Source of the DNA: Methanobacteriota archaeon
GTDB lineage: Archaea > Thermoplasmatota > Poseidoniia > Poseidoniales > Thalassarchaeaceae
Assembly (NCBI GenBank): GCA_002725475.1
Contig: PBPH01000051.1
Location: forward strand, 1-57,259
DNA length: 57,259 nucleotides
Direction: 5' to 3'
Of this stretch, positions 45,289 to 55,197 are shown in pieces; the first letter of the stretch is position 1, and each line of letters starts with the position of its first letter. A program made the translations under genes and the position numbers. The notes under the pieces are model-generated. The model was given only the letters and a program-made list of their open reading frames with translations. It was not told where the DNA came from and did no database searches.

Positions 45289-46293
45289 ATGTCGGTTTTG
45301 AATGTCGCATTTGTTGGCACTCAAGATTATGCTAGGAAGATAGCAAAACTAAATGATACTAGAGACATTGAAAGCTACGTATTCAAAGTTGTAGAAAATT
45401 CAATTACGAAAGTCATTTCATTGCTTAGGCCATTGCGCCACCCAGAGAAAATCAGACCCCTTCTTTCAGTGCTAAATGTTGCACGGTGTGGTGTGGTAGA
45501 GGTTGAGACGATTGACCCCTCCCTCGGCGAAATTCTTGTTGCCTTTGGTTGCGCAGGTATTGAACATGGACACATTATTCTTAGGCCTGAAGAGGGTGAA
45601 TGGATAGACCCAGAACAAATTAAAGTGATTCAGCAACAAGCAGGACTCACGTCATGGAAACTCCATTCAACCCCGCCCGATGAGCATGAAATGCGAACAC
45701 TTCTTCTGGAGGTGTTAGATAATTTAGAGGATCAATCCATAAAAAATCTAGTGATTCCTGTAGATCAATTTTTCAATGTCAAGGGGGTAGGTCTTGTTGC
45801 TATTGGATATGTTCAATCAGGCAGCGTCAATAAACATGACAAATTAATCGCACTGCCAACGATGGATATTGGGACTGCACGTTCTCTTCAAGTAATGGAT
45901 GACGATGTAGATACAGCAATTGCTGGAGATAGGGTGGGTGTAGCAATGCGTGATCTGAGGCAAGAGGCTTTAGAACGTGGGAGCTTACTAGTAAAACCAG
46001 ATGTCGATGGTAGTAATCAATCAACTTTGGTTCAACACGTGAAAAGTAACCTCAAATTGAAGCCGGCCCCATTTCAACAAAAGTTGCTAGGTGTGGGGGA
46101 TGTAATTCATGCAGCAGTAGATTTGCAATTTGTGGTGGGGAGGGTGGAATCGATTGAAGAGGATATTGTACAAATTTCTTGGGATAATCCTCTATTTATT
46201 AGACGCGACGAACAACCACGTGTGTTGATTAATCAATTAGATTTGAAAATGCGTATTCTAGGATACAGCGATGATCTTTCAATAGTCGAGTAA
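45289..46293 (+). CDS. EF-Tu/SelB-like protein with a degenerate G domain (probable pseudo-GTPase)
   Basis: 334 aa with a clear EF-Tu domain-II beta-barrel signature (VDQFFNVKGVGLVAIGYVQSGSVNKHDKLIALP...AIAGDRVGVAMRDL). The N-terminal NVAFVGTQDYARKIAK replaces the GHVDHGKT P-loop, and no DxxG or NKxD motif is present. Confidence 0.55.
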   Translation: MSVLNVAFVGTQDYARKIAKLNDTRDIESYVFKVVENSITKVISLLRPLRHPEKIRPLLSVLNVARCGVVEVETIDPSLGEILVAFGCAGIEHGHIILRPEEGEWIDPEQIKVIQQQAGLTSWKLHSTPPDEHEMRTLLLEVLDNLEDQSIKNLVIPVDQFFNVKGVGLVAIGYVQSGSVNKHDKLIALPTMDIGTARSLQVMDDDVDTAIAGDRVGVAMRDLRQEALERGSLLVKPDVDGSNQSTLVQHVKSNLKLKPAPFQQKLLGVGDVIHAAVDLQFVVGRVESIEEDIVQISWDNPLFIRRDEQPRVLINQLDLKMRILGYSDDLSIVE

Positions 46294-46466
46294 TTTTCTA
46301 ACGACCGCGACTTTCTAGTCTTGCTAAATTGTAATTACTTCCAATACCGGCTTTTGTGACCTGTTAATTGGGGTAACGTGTATAAGCAGACCGCTAACCT
46401 GCTAGTCTTGGGATGCACACTGGGGCTAGGCCCTAAACGATGAACTGAGTAGATGGGGGCAGGTAA

Positions 46467-48257
46467 TTGGATAACGAAAAATTCGCACCATTGAAGATGG
46501 CAGGTGTTGAAGGCCAAGTTACCGCTATTTTGACCGATGAAAATCTGCTATTGGAGCGTAGTGACGGTAAAGGAATGCGATTCGAACTGGACTCGATTGC
46601 CCGGATCAGAAATCATCATGTTGCAGTCACCCCTCCTCTTTTGACGCTATTTGGTGTATTGTCACTTCTAGCTAGCATTCGCGTATTTAGCGGCCAAATT
46701 CAGATTTATTCATTTATTCTTGGAGTTAGTTCATTACTAGTCTGGTTTCTAGGTAGAAAACCTGCTCTTTGTCTAGACACAAAGCAAGGAGACAGGCATA
46801 TCTTACATGGGCGTGATAATCTATTACAAAGAATGTACATCATTTTAGATAGGATGTCCGATGGTTGTCCATTAGAAGATGCAGTAATTGGTTTGGAGGA
46901 TTTTCAAACTTTAGAGTTGGCACCCATAGGTGATATCGATGACATCAGGCATGAAGAAGAATCTGTTGCTGCCGTAGAAGCACAACTGAATATTTCTAAT
47001 GAACAGGAACAATCTCTTGAACAAGCGCTTGAAGAATTGCACAGAAATAAAAACAAAAACGCTTTTTCGTTTGACCAGACAAACCCTCCGGCAAGAACTC
47101 CCCAACCATCTAGTAGTTCCGCATATGAAAGAGTCTGGGGGAGGGGCGAACCAGAGTGGTACTCTGAAAAAGAAACTCAAACGAAGCAAACTGGCATGTT
47201 TGAACGTTCTACTAAGGCATTATCAGAGCAGAGGGAAACAGCCAAAGTCGAAACTACAAACTATGACAAGCCATTCCAATTACCAAGTTTTGATAATTTG
47301 CATTCAAATGAATCTGAATCATCAATGAATCGAGCTCAAGTTGCAATTCAGGAAGCTAGCGATGCTGCATTTGATGTTGGGGGAGGTATGTTCGATATCT
47401 TCGATCAATTAGATAATGATCCGAGTCCCCCGCAACAACAAGCAATTTCACCAGCCACAAGTCCTCCTCCATTACAGAGTCACTCACTTCAATCTGCAAC
47501 TCAACCAATTTTGAGGCCAAGTGAGAGTAGGGCCTCGTCATATTCGATGATTGCTTCTGCTGCAGGTCCAAATTTACCTGAGCCTACTAGAGTTGCACTG
47601 AGAACAGATATCCACACGAGTCCAGGGTTGGTTGCATCCGCTACGGTGTCTAATACTTCTGAAAATGCTAAAGCACTTCCCAAGAAACTTGGAGACACAT
47701 TTACTCGAGTAACAAAACCAGATCCACTTGCTGGCTACCCGGCGTTGAGCAAGATGCAAAAGAAATATGCTCAGGAATCTCGTTTGCGAGTGAATAGTTC
47801 ATCATTAAAGAGAAGAAGTCGCACTCACAAAGTAATAGAACAATGGGTCAAACCTAGTTTGAAGAGAATTGATGAAACAAGGCGTCAAATTGGACGTAAA
47901 TTAACTGGTGCAGGGGATGGTTATCGTGACGTTTATGGTGACATGGATGGGAATCAAGATGACTCATTTATTGATGAAAATTTCCAAACAAGTCAAATCA
48001 TCCGACTTCGCGCAGATCAAGATTCTCAATCAGATGTCCAAGAGCGTCTGCAATTGCTGACAGTTAATGGTGGTGGCCAGATTGCCGAAGATCTTGCAAA
48101 TAGAACTTTGCGGGGGATCTCAAATGGCACTGAATCGACCCCTATTTCTCTATCGGGTAAATCTACCAAAAAGTTGGATGCTCCAAATAGCTTCAGTGGG
48201 ATGGTTGCAAGTACTGAACCAGCACCAAGATTCGCTGGCATGAGGAGACTCGGTTAA
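46467..48257 (+). CDS. Hypothetical membrane-associated protein with a long low-complexity (Ser/Pro/Gln-rich) region
   Basis: 596 aa. TTG start in the ORF track (alternative ATG at 46497). Two hydrophobic helices near aa 55-100, followed by mostly disordered-looking sequence. Confidence 0.45.
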   Translation: MDNEKFAPLKMAGVEGQVTAILTDENLLLERSDGKGMRFELDSIARIRNHHVAVTPPLLTLFGVLSLLASIRVFSGQIQIYSFILGVSSLLVWFLGRKPALCLDTKQGDRHILHGRDNLLQRMYIILDRMSDGCPLEDAVIGLEDFQTLELAPIGDIDDIRHEEESVAAVEAQLNISNEQEQSLEQALEELHRNKNKNAFSFDQTNPPARTPQPSSSSAYERVWGRGEPEWYSEKETQTKQTGMFERSTKALSEQRETAKVETTNYDKPFQLPSFDNLHSNESESSMNRAQVAIQEASDAAFDVGGGMFDIFDQLDNDPSPPQQQAISPATSPPPLQSHSLQSATQPILRPSESRASSYSMIASAAGPNLPEPTRVALRTDIHTSPGLVASATVSNTSENAKALPKKLGDTFTRVTKPDPLAGYPALSKMQKKYAQESRLRVNSSSLKRRSRTHKVIEQWVKPSLKRIDETRRQIGRKLTGAGDGYRDVYGDMDGNQDDSFIDENFQTSQIIRLRADQDSQSDVQERLQLLTVNGGGQIAEDLANRTLRGISNGTESTPISLSGKSTKKLDAPNSFSGMVASTEPAPRFAGMRRLG

Positions 48258-48258
48258 A

Positions 48259-49593
48259 TCAGATTAAATCCGGGTGCTCTTCCAAATATTGGATAGTAAT
48301 TTTCCTATCTAAATAATCAGGCTCATCTAGAATTTTTTTATGAAGCGGAATAACAGTATCCACTCCAACAAGAACAGTCTCTGAAAGTGCAGTCTTCATG
48401 CTTGCAATAGCATCTTCACGTGTTCGACCCCAGACAATCATTTTGGCAAGGAGTGAATCAAAACATCCCGGCATCTCGTACCCGATATGTGCGTGAGTAT
48501 CAACTCTAATTCCAAATCCTGTTGGGAAATGGCAATCCCAAAGTCTTCCTGGCGATGGGGCGAATTTCACAGGGTCTTCTGCATTGATGCGGCATTGGAT
48601 GGCATGGCCAAAAATTCTGATGTCCTCTTGATTCAGGGTAAGAGGCTCCCCGGCTGCAACTCTAATACCAAGTGATACCAAATCGTAACCAGTAATCATT
48701 TCGGTAACGGTGTGCTCAACTTGAACCCTCGGGTTTACTTCTAAGAAGTAGAACTTCCCATGAACATCTCTTAGAAATTCAAATGTTGCCAATCCCTTGT
48801 AGCCAACGGCTTCGGCCCCAGCGCAAACTCTAGAACCAATTTCTGCACGAACTTCATCAGATAACCAAGGCCCTTCTTCAAGCAACTTTTGGTGCCTTCT
48901 TTGTATTGAACAGAACCGCTCACCAAAATGAATTGCTCGATTACCGTCGGCCAATACTTGAAACTCAACGTGTTGTGCGCCTTCGATATATTTCTCAACA
49001 AAAACCCGTTCATCTCCAAATGCAGAACTTGCACGTGATTGACAGATATTTAACGCAGATTCGAATTCATCTTCTTCATGAACAATTTGCATTCCAATTC
49101 CACCCCCTCCTGCGGCGGCTTTGATAATCACAGGATAACCAATTTCAATGGCTATTTTTTTTGCATCCTTCACACTTGAAATGGGCTCACTACTACCTTT
49201 AGCCACAGGTAATCCTGCTTCTTCCATTGCCCTACGGGCCTCAATTTTATCACCGAGTAGTGAAATGACATTAGAGGACGGCCCAATGAATGTAATGGCT
49301 TCCTCTTCACACCGTTTGACGAAAGCCGCATTTTCAGCTAAGAACCCATAGCCAGGGTGGATTGCTTCAGCACCGATCTTCTTTGCGGCTGTAATGACAG
49401 ATTCATAATCAAGATAGGAATCAAGAGGATTCTTGGTATAATTGGAGACAGCGATATCCGAGAACCGAACGGGCAATGATAGCCGGTCTTCTCTCCCATG
49501 AATGATAGCAACTTCGCACCCTAGGTTGCGCAATGCTCGAGAAATTCTCAGTGCGATTTCACCGCGGTTGGCAATGAGCACTCTCTTGAACAT
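48259..49593 (-). CDS. accC: Biotin carboxylase (acetyl/acyl-CoA carboxylase subunit, ATP-grasp)
   Basis: MFKRVLIANRGEIALRI N-terminus (ATG at 49593; the ORF is open to 49641), the AAAGGGGIGMQIV glycine loop and EVNPRVQVEHTVTE. No BCCP or carboxyltransferase gene in the window. Confidence 0.9.
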   Translation of the reverse strand: MFKRVLIANRGEIALRISRALRNLGCEVAIIHGREDRLSLPVRFSDIAVSNYTKNPLDSYLDYESVITAAKKIGAEAIHPGYGFLAENAAFVKRCEEEAITFIGPSSNVISLLGDKIEARRAMEEAGLPVAKGSSEPISSVKDAKKIAIEIGYPVIIKAAAGGGGIGMQIVHEEDEFESALNICQSRASSAFGDERVFVEKYIEGAQHVEFQVLADGNRAIHFGERFCSIQRRHQKLLEEGPWLSDEVRAEIGSRVCAGAEAVGYKGLATFEFLRDVHGKFYFLEVNPRVQVEHTVTEMITGYDLVSLGIRVAAGEPLTLNQEDIRIFGHAIQCRINAEDPVKFAPSPGRLWDCHFPTGFGIRVDTHAHIGYEMPGCFDSLLAKMIVWGRTREDAIASMKTALSETVLVGVDTVIPLHKKILDEPDYLDRKITIQYLEEHPDLI

Positions 49594-49658
49594 AGATAAC
49601 CACACTAGGCCACGGTTCAAGATTATGACGCATAAATTCAATATTAGTATAAATGAAA

Positions 49659-50942
49659 TTAGTAGACATCTCTGAGATATCTTTTCTCTTCTTTCATCAT
49701 CCTCTTCTCAACGAATTCTTTAGCATCTTCTGGAGACATTCCCCCGTGCTCAACAGCTATATCTATGAGGGTTTGATGTACGTCCTTAGCCATTCGGAAT
49801 TTATCACCACAGACATAGAAATATGCTCCGCCTTCAATCCATGACCACAATTCTTCACCATGCTTTGCCATCAGATTTTGGACGTAAGTTTTGGGAATAT
49901 CTGCCATTCTAGACCACGCCAAATCAAGTTTTGTCAAAAGGCCGCTTTCTTTCCAATCATTCAATTCGTTTTCGTAGAGGTAATCGTGAGTGGACGTCCT
50001 GTCTCCGAAGAACAACCAATTTCTCCCCTTAGATTTGTCAAACTCTCGTTGCTCAAGGAAAGCCCTGAACGGTGCAATACCTGTTCCCGGCCCCACCATG
50101 ATGATGTCAGTATCGCCATCTTTAGGGAGGATAAAACTGCGGGTTGGAGACATGAACATTGGGACGCACATCTCGTTTAGAGGTGCATGGTCGGCCATAT
50201 AGACGGTGCATAATCCCCCTCGATCCCTACCATGGTGATTGTATCTGACAATTGCTACGGTCAATTCAACCTCGCCGGGATGTGCATCAGGGGAAGACGC
50301 AATTGAGTAAAGGCGAGGTTTGAGCCTGTCAAGGTTTGTTACGAATTCTTGCGGGGTGAATGAAAGGTTTGGCATATCGGAAAGAAGGTCAATGTAATCT
50401 CGACTCCAAATATAATCCTCCATGGAATCGGGGTTATTGACTAATGATTCCCATAGGATTAGTGCTGGGTCATCAGCAGAACCAACAGGGGAAAATTCAG
50501 CAGGATAATCATCCTTCTCACCAGACCAATTCCATTGCAATTTACTTTCACCTGTGTGTGCGTATTTTCGACTTCTACCAACTAGTCTTAGTGAAACCTT
50601 GGGGCCAGAATCTGAGAATTTCCCTTCAAGCCCTTGAATGAATTTCTTTGAAAGTCGGTGAACTTCGTAATGGTTAGTCAAAGCCTCTTCAATCGTTGCT
50701 TCACCAAGATGGGTTTCTACTACCTCATCGTTGCTGAAATTTAGTAGTCCAATTAAATCTGAAACTAGTTCTGGGGGGTTGTGGGGAATTATTCCAAGAG
50801 CATCTCCTACTTTGTATTCTAGCCCGGATTTTCCTAAATCAAAGCATATGTGCCTCGTCTCTTTTGTAGAATCTGGATGGGTAATCAATTTTTTATCAAT
50901 CATTTCACCGAGGTATGGGTTCTTACTACTATAATCGCTCAT
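49659..50942 (-). CDS. FNR-like FAD/NADPH oxidoreductase (CysJ / CPR C-terminal module, no flavodoxin domain)
   Basis: RLYSIASSP (RxYS FAD motif), GPGTGIAPFRAF, FFGDR, YVCGD and the C-terminal RYLRDVY. Confidence 0.8.
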   Translation of the reverse strand: MSDYSSKNPYLGEMIDKKLITHPDSTKETRHICFDLGKSGLEYKVGDALGIIPHNPPELVSDLIGLLNFSNDEVVETHLGEATIEEALTNHYEVHRLSKKFIQGLEGKFSDSGPKVSLRLVGRSRKYAHTGESKLQWNWSGEKDDYPAEFSPVGSADDPALILWESLVNNPDSMEDYIWSRDYIDLLSDMPNLSFTPQEFVTNLDRLKPRLYSIASSPDAHPGEVELTVAIVRYNHHGRDRGGLCTVYMADHAPLNEMCVPMFMSPTRSFILPKDGDTDIIMVGPGTGIAPFRAFLEQREFDKSKGRNWLFFGDRTSTHDYLYENELNDWKESGLLTKLDLAWSRMADIPKTYVQNLMAKHGEELWSWIEGGAYFYVCGDKFRMAKDVHQTLIDIAVEHGGMSPEDAKEFVEKRMMKEEKRYLRDVY

Positions 50943-51095
50943 TCTAATCTATTCCCCCTATAGTCAGCCCCTTGCTGTTATTTGTCCGTTCAACCATCCG
51001 TTTATCAAGCGAATGGAGTGGCGTTCCCAAATATAATATCGTATAGATGCGCGTTACTAAAGCCACCATCCAACGTCGCACAGTTGGGTGGCACT

Positions 51096-51872
51096 ATGGT
51101 GGAGGTGTATTTTCTTGGAAGCGGCAATGCTTTTTGCCCCGACGGAAGACTACATTCCTTAGTCCTAATCGATAACAAAATGCTAGTTGATGCACCACCT
51201 ACAATTATACCACAATTGAAGAGAGCAAACATCAGCCCATCTGAAATTAACACCATGCTAATTACGCATTGGCACGGAGATCATATCTTTGGCTTCCCTT
51301 TCTTCATTCTTGAACGCAAGTATATCTCAGATAGAGATGCTTCTAATATTCTAAATGTACACCTTCACAAAGGGGGTAGTGAGCGATTAGAAAATATCTC
51401 AGAACTTGCCTTCCCTAAGACATTGACAATAGACATGAGTAGTCGAGTAAAGTTTTGTGAAGAGGGTAGTGGCCAAGTAGCTGGATGTCCTGAATGGCAA
51501 TATGAAAGATTTGAGGTAGAACATGTCCCAGAGACCGAACCTCATGGTTACCAATTACAACATAATTCAGGATTAACAATTCTTCATTGTGGTGATTCAG
51601 GTCCTTGTAGGGAAATTGAAGATAGGGCCAGTGGCGCAGATGTAGTAATCATTGAAGTGGGTGTTCCAGATGGGGTCCCCACAGAAATGCATTACAAACC
51701 ATCATCAATTTCAGAATTGGCAAATAAAAATCCCGGAACAACTTTTCTTGCAACGCATTTATTCACTGCAGCAAATGAGAAAATCCCCAATCTCCCTGGT
51801 AATGTTATTCAAGTCACTGATGGGGATAAATTTACTTTAAATGGCGATGGATCTGTAGGAAAAATGGCCTGA
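51096..51872 (+). CDS. Metallo-beta-lactamase-fold hydrolase
   Basis: MVEVYFLGSGNAF start (ATG at 51096; the ORF is open from 50982) and ITHWHGDH (HxHxDH). Confidence 0.75.
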   Translation: MVEVYFLGSGNAFCPDGRLHSLVLIDNKMLVDAPPTIIPQLKRANISPSEINTMLITHWHGDHIFGFPFFILERKYISDRDASNILNVHLHKGGSERLENISELAFPKTLTIDMSSRVKFCEEGSGQVAGCPEWQYERFEVEHVPETEPHGYQLQHNSGLTILHCGDSGPCREIEDRASGADVVIIEVGVPDGVPTEMHYKPSSISELANKNPGTTFLATHLFTAANEKIPNLPGNVIQVTDGDKFTLNGDGSVGKMA

Positions 51873-52349
51873 ACATTTTTAGATGAATGTAAGAATATAA
51901 ATAATTATTATAACAACGTTTTGTACTTATTTGAGCAAATGGTGTTTTTCGCCGATCTAATATTTTAGATTGGGGGTTGTTTCAATTTCAAAATCAGATT
52001 TCTACCAAATTGTTACAAAAATCCTTCCAAAAAAATCACTCCTCCGATTTGAGAATTATTTATCGAACAAATGTTAGGCGCTCATGAGGTGCTTCGGGGA
52101 CACCTTGGCTAGAAAAATATCAAAACCCTAGTCCAGCAAGGAAAAAATAGTTATTTTTTCTCCAATTCCAATTGGAAGTTCATATAGTAGAATTCTATTT
52201 TGACTCTAAGAAAAAATGATGTTATCCTCCAAGATGGCAATTAGACTTATTAGACCGTCACGCCTCCTCATCAATCTCCGTAACGGGGGCGACCGAGACT
52301 CTTACAAGAAAGATTGACTAGTTAAGAAGAAAAAGAATGGTGTTATAAA
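51873..52349. promoter_or_regulatory. Candidate replication origin (oriC) upstream of orc1/cdc6
   Basis: 477-bp non-coding, AT-rich spacer. It contains a very AT-rich run at about 51889-51920, the 12-bp perfect palindrome TTCCAATTGGAA (52166-52177) resembling the TCCA-n-TGGA dyad of archaeal ORB elements, recurrent CTCC(A/G) words, and two GGGGG strings (51972-51976, 52285-52289). Confidence 0.45.
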
Positions 52350-53588
52350 ATGAGTGAAAATATTTTCAACCATCTACTTACTAGTGATAGCCTCTTCAAA
52401 AATCGTGAAGTCCTACATCATGGCTTCATTCCAGAGAACTTGCCACATAGGGATAAAGAGATTGAATCATTAGTTCATAATCTCGTTGAGGCATTACATG
52501 GCCAGATCCCTTCAAACATGATTCTCTACGGGCAGCCAGGCCTTGGAAAGACTGCAGCTACAAGGCATGTTTGTCAGCAATTATTAGCTCGGGGTAAAGA
52601 GTTGGGAAGAACAATCCATACAGTGGAAGTTAACTGTTGTACTGTGGATACCAAGTATAGGGTACTCGCTCAATTAGCAAATGATTTGGTGGAGGACAGT
52701 AGCAAACACGTCCCTTTCACTGGGTGGCCAACTGACAAAGTGTTTGACCGTCTGCGAGAAAATATGGATTCCTTAGGGGGGGTTCATATCTTCGTTTTAG
52801 ACGAAATAGACCATTTAGTAAAACGACATGGGGACGACATTCTCTATCCTCTAACTAGCCTTAACTATGAATTGAGAAACTCACGATGTTGTATTATTGG
52901 TATTACTAATGATTTACAATTTACAGATTTATTGGACGCTAGAATTGCTTCACGCCTTGGCTCTGAAGATGTCGCTTTTTCACCGTATAATGCTCAACAG
53001 ATTGAGGATATTTTGGAGCACCGCGCGCACGCGGGTATACGCGAGGGCGTACTTTCCGAAGGTGTGATTAAACTCTGTTCTGCGCTTGCCGCTCAAGAAC
53101 ACGGAGATGCAAGGCGTGCATTGGATTTACTTCGAGTAGCAGTTCATAAAGCAGATATTAAAGGGGCAAACTCTGTTTCTACCGAGCATGTTAGGTTGGC
53201 CCAAAATCAATTACAATTCGACCAAATGACACCAGTAATTTCTAGTTTACCATTCCACCAGAAGTTGGTTCTATACAGTATTCTTCTAAATGAAACCAAT
53301 GGACTCACAAATGTTTCAACTGGTGAGATTTACTCTGTATATCAGATGGCGTGCCACAACGCTTCGGTAACTCCACTTGTATCCCGTTCAATTGGTAATG
53401 TTGTCAAGAATCTAGATTCTCTAGGACTGGTCACCACCAAAACCACAAGTTTGGGCAGATATGGGAGGAGTAATAGAATCAACTCATGCATCCCTAGCAA
53501 CATCAATCCAATACCAATCATGCTTGAGGCAGATGAAGGGATGAAACCGGTGATAAACGCTGCTTATCGCCTACAATCTAGGCTTTAA
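52350..53588 (+). CDS. cdc6: Orc1/Cdc6 replication initiator (AAA+ with C-terminal winged helix)
   Basis: 412 aa with Walker A YGQPGLGKTA, Walker B FVLDEIDHL, sensor region GDARRALDLLR and a C-terminal wHTH-like region. Confidence 0.9.
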   Translation: MSENIFNHLLTSDSLFKNREVLHHGFIPENLPHRDKEIESLVHNLVEALHGQIPSNMILYGQPGLGKTAATRHVCQQLLARGKELGRTIHTVEVNCCTVDTKYRVLAQLANDLVEDSSKHVPFTGWPTDKVFDRLRENMDSLGGVHIFVLDEIDHLVKRHGDDILYPLTSLNYELRNSRCCIIGITNDLQFTDLLDARIASRLGSEDVAFSPYNAQQIEDILEHRAHAGIREGVLSEGVIKLCSALAAQEHGDARRALDLLRVAVHKADIKGANSVSTEHVRLAQNQLQFDQMTPVISSLPFHQKLVLYSILLNETNGLTNVSTGEIYSVYQMACHNASVTPLVSRSIGNVVKNLDSLGLVTTKTTSLGRYGRSNRINSCIPSNINPIPIMLEADEGMKPVINAAYRLQSRL

Positions 53589-53651
53589 GCGGATATTTTC
53601 AGGCCAATCTCGCTAAGAATTGTTAAGAAAGGGTCGCCGGTCGCCCGCTTC

Positions 53652-54242
53652 ATGGGTGATGACATTGATGCGAGCGAAGGCGGCAGTGAAGCTGTTGACA
53701 TGGTGCTTGGATGGATTAAGTCACCCGGCAAAACATTCTCATCCCTAATATTCGGTCTTGGAGTTTGGGGATTAATTCTTGGAATAGTTAATGTCACTCT
53801 CGGTGCTGTAGTTGCAGGAGAGAGAAAAATTGTATGGGCAGGATATCTTACTATGGGTTATCTATGGGATGATCCATATTCAGAGATGATATACCGACCT
53901 TACTCTGATACAGTATTCATTGGTATGGCACTTGTTGGAATCTTGTGGGGTGCATATGGGATTAATCAAAAGGTTGAGGGTGGATTTCAAGCATGGATTT
54001 CAGGAGTTATCTTCAATCCTATTTGGACCAGTCTTGTATCAGGTAGCGAAGAAGGTGGTATGACAATGAGTGCGGCTGCATGGTGTCTTCTGCTAGGTTT
54101 TGGCTTCTACGCTTATTGGTCAATAGTTCACTGGGCTTGGACAGATATCGGAGTTTATGCAGTAACCGCGCCTCTACTAGCTTTTGGTTTTGGTCTTCGA
54201 TACCTAGCCCTAGTTGGTGATGAAGCCCCAGCGTCTGAATGA
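53652..54242 (+). CDS. Multi-pass membrane protein of unknown function
   Basis: 196 aa with 5-6 hydrophobic helices. No recognisable motif. Confidence 0.45.
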   Translation: MGDDIDASEGGSEAVDMVLGWIKSPGKTFSSLIFGLGVWGLILGIVNVTLGAVVAGERKIVWAGYLTMGYLWDDPYSEMIYRPYSDTVFIGMALVGILWGAYGINQKVEGGFQAWISGVIFNPIWTSLVSGSEEGGMTMSAAAWCLLLGFGFYAYWSIVHWAWTDIGVYAVTAPLLAFGFGLRYLALVGDEAPASE

Positions 54243-54251
54243 AAGGTTAAG

Positions 54252-55193
54252 TCACCTTTTGAATAAATGGCTGTGGCCATTTATTCCGCGAAGCGCGTCG
54301 TTATATCCCTCTAAGGCTCCAATCCAAAGTGCAGCACTCCATAGGAAATAATTACGAAAAATCAAAACACATAGGATTAAGGTAGTTAATGAAATCAAAG
54401 AATCAACAGCGCCAAAAATTATTGGAATTAAGAGGGCTGGTAGAAGAATTGCTATTAATTTTCCATCAGAATTAAAATCATGTTTGACTCTAGGATATTT
54501 TCTCATGATTCGAATATGAGCACGTGCATCTCTTCTACGTTTTTTTAGAAAGTGTCCGATTTCATTTTCAGCAACATGATCTACTATTGCATCAGGTTCG
54601 TAGCGAATTTCTCCACCAGATTCTAATATTTTCATTGATACTTCCATATCCTCTGCGTGGAACCATTCTGGATCAAACCCTCCACGTGAAATTAACGAAT
54701 CTTTCTTGAACATAGAGCATGGGCCATTTGCTAGTGTGGCTTGCTTTCCACGTTTAGAATACTTGTTTGCCACAGATGTGGCTCGTAATCTACTCACTGA
54801 TGTTTTACCTTCATCAAATACTACTCTTCCTGTTACTGCTTCGACGCCTGCGCAGGAAGCATACAACTTCTCAATCCAATTAGTTCTTGGCCGACAATCT
54901 ATATCTGTAATTGCAACCCACTCACCATTAGCTTCGTTGAGGGCTCGGTTTCTCCCTGCGGATAATCCAAGTGGCGCCTGGGAAATGACTCTTACTGGAA
55001 CCCCTTCGGAAAAATGACCATCCAAACTATGCCACTTCTGGAGAACGTCAGTACCCCCGTCAGTTGAACCGTCATCAACTGCGATAACTTCTATCGGCCG
55101 GTAAGTTTGAGCACAAATTGCTTTCATGCAGTTATCAATCCAATGTTGTCCATTCCTAACACAAACAGTGATAGAAATTAAGGGGTTGGACAT
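54252..55193 (-). CDS. Family-2 glycosyltransferase
   Basis: MSNPLISITVCVRNG (ATG at 55193; the longer ORF to 55220 would overlap the upstream gene), VDDGSTDG and ITDIDC (DxD), followed by C-terminal TM helices. Confidence 0.8.
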   Translation of the reverse strand: MSNPLISITVCVRNGQHWIDNCMKAICAQTYRPIEVIAVDDGSTDGGTDVLQKWHSLDGHFSEGVPVRVISQAPLGLSAGRNRALNEANGEWVAITDIDCRPRTNWIEKLYASCAGVEAVTGRVVFDEGKTSVSRLRATSVANKYSKRGKQATLANGPCSMFKKDSLISRGGFDPEWFHAEDMEVSMKILESGGEIRYEPDAIVDHVAENEIGHFLKKRRRDARAHIRIMRKYPRVKHDFNSDGKLIAILLPALLIPIIFGAVDSLISLTTLILCVLIFRNYFLWSAALWIGALEGYNDALRGINGHSHLFKR

Positions 55194-55197
55194 ATAA

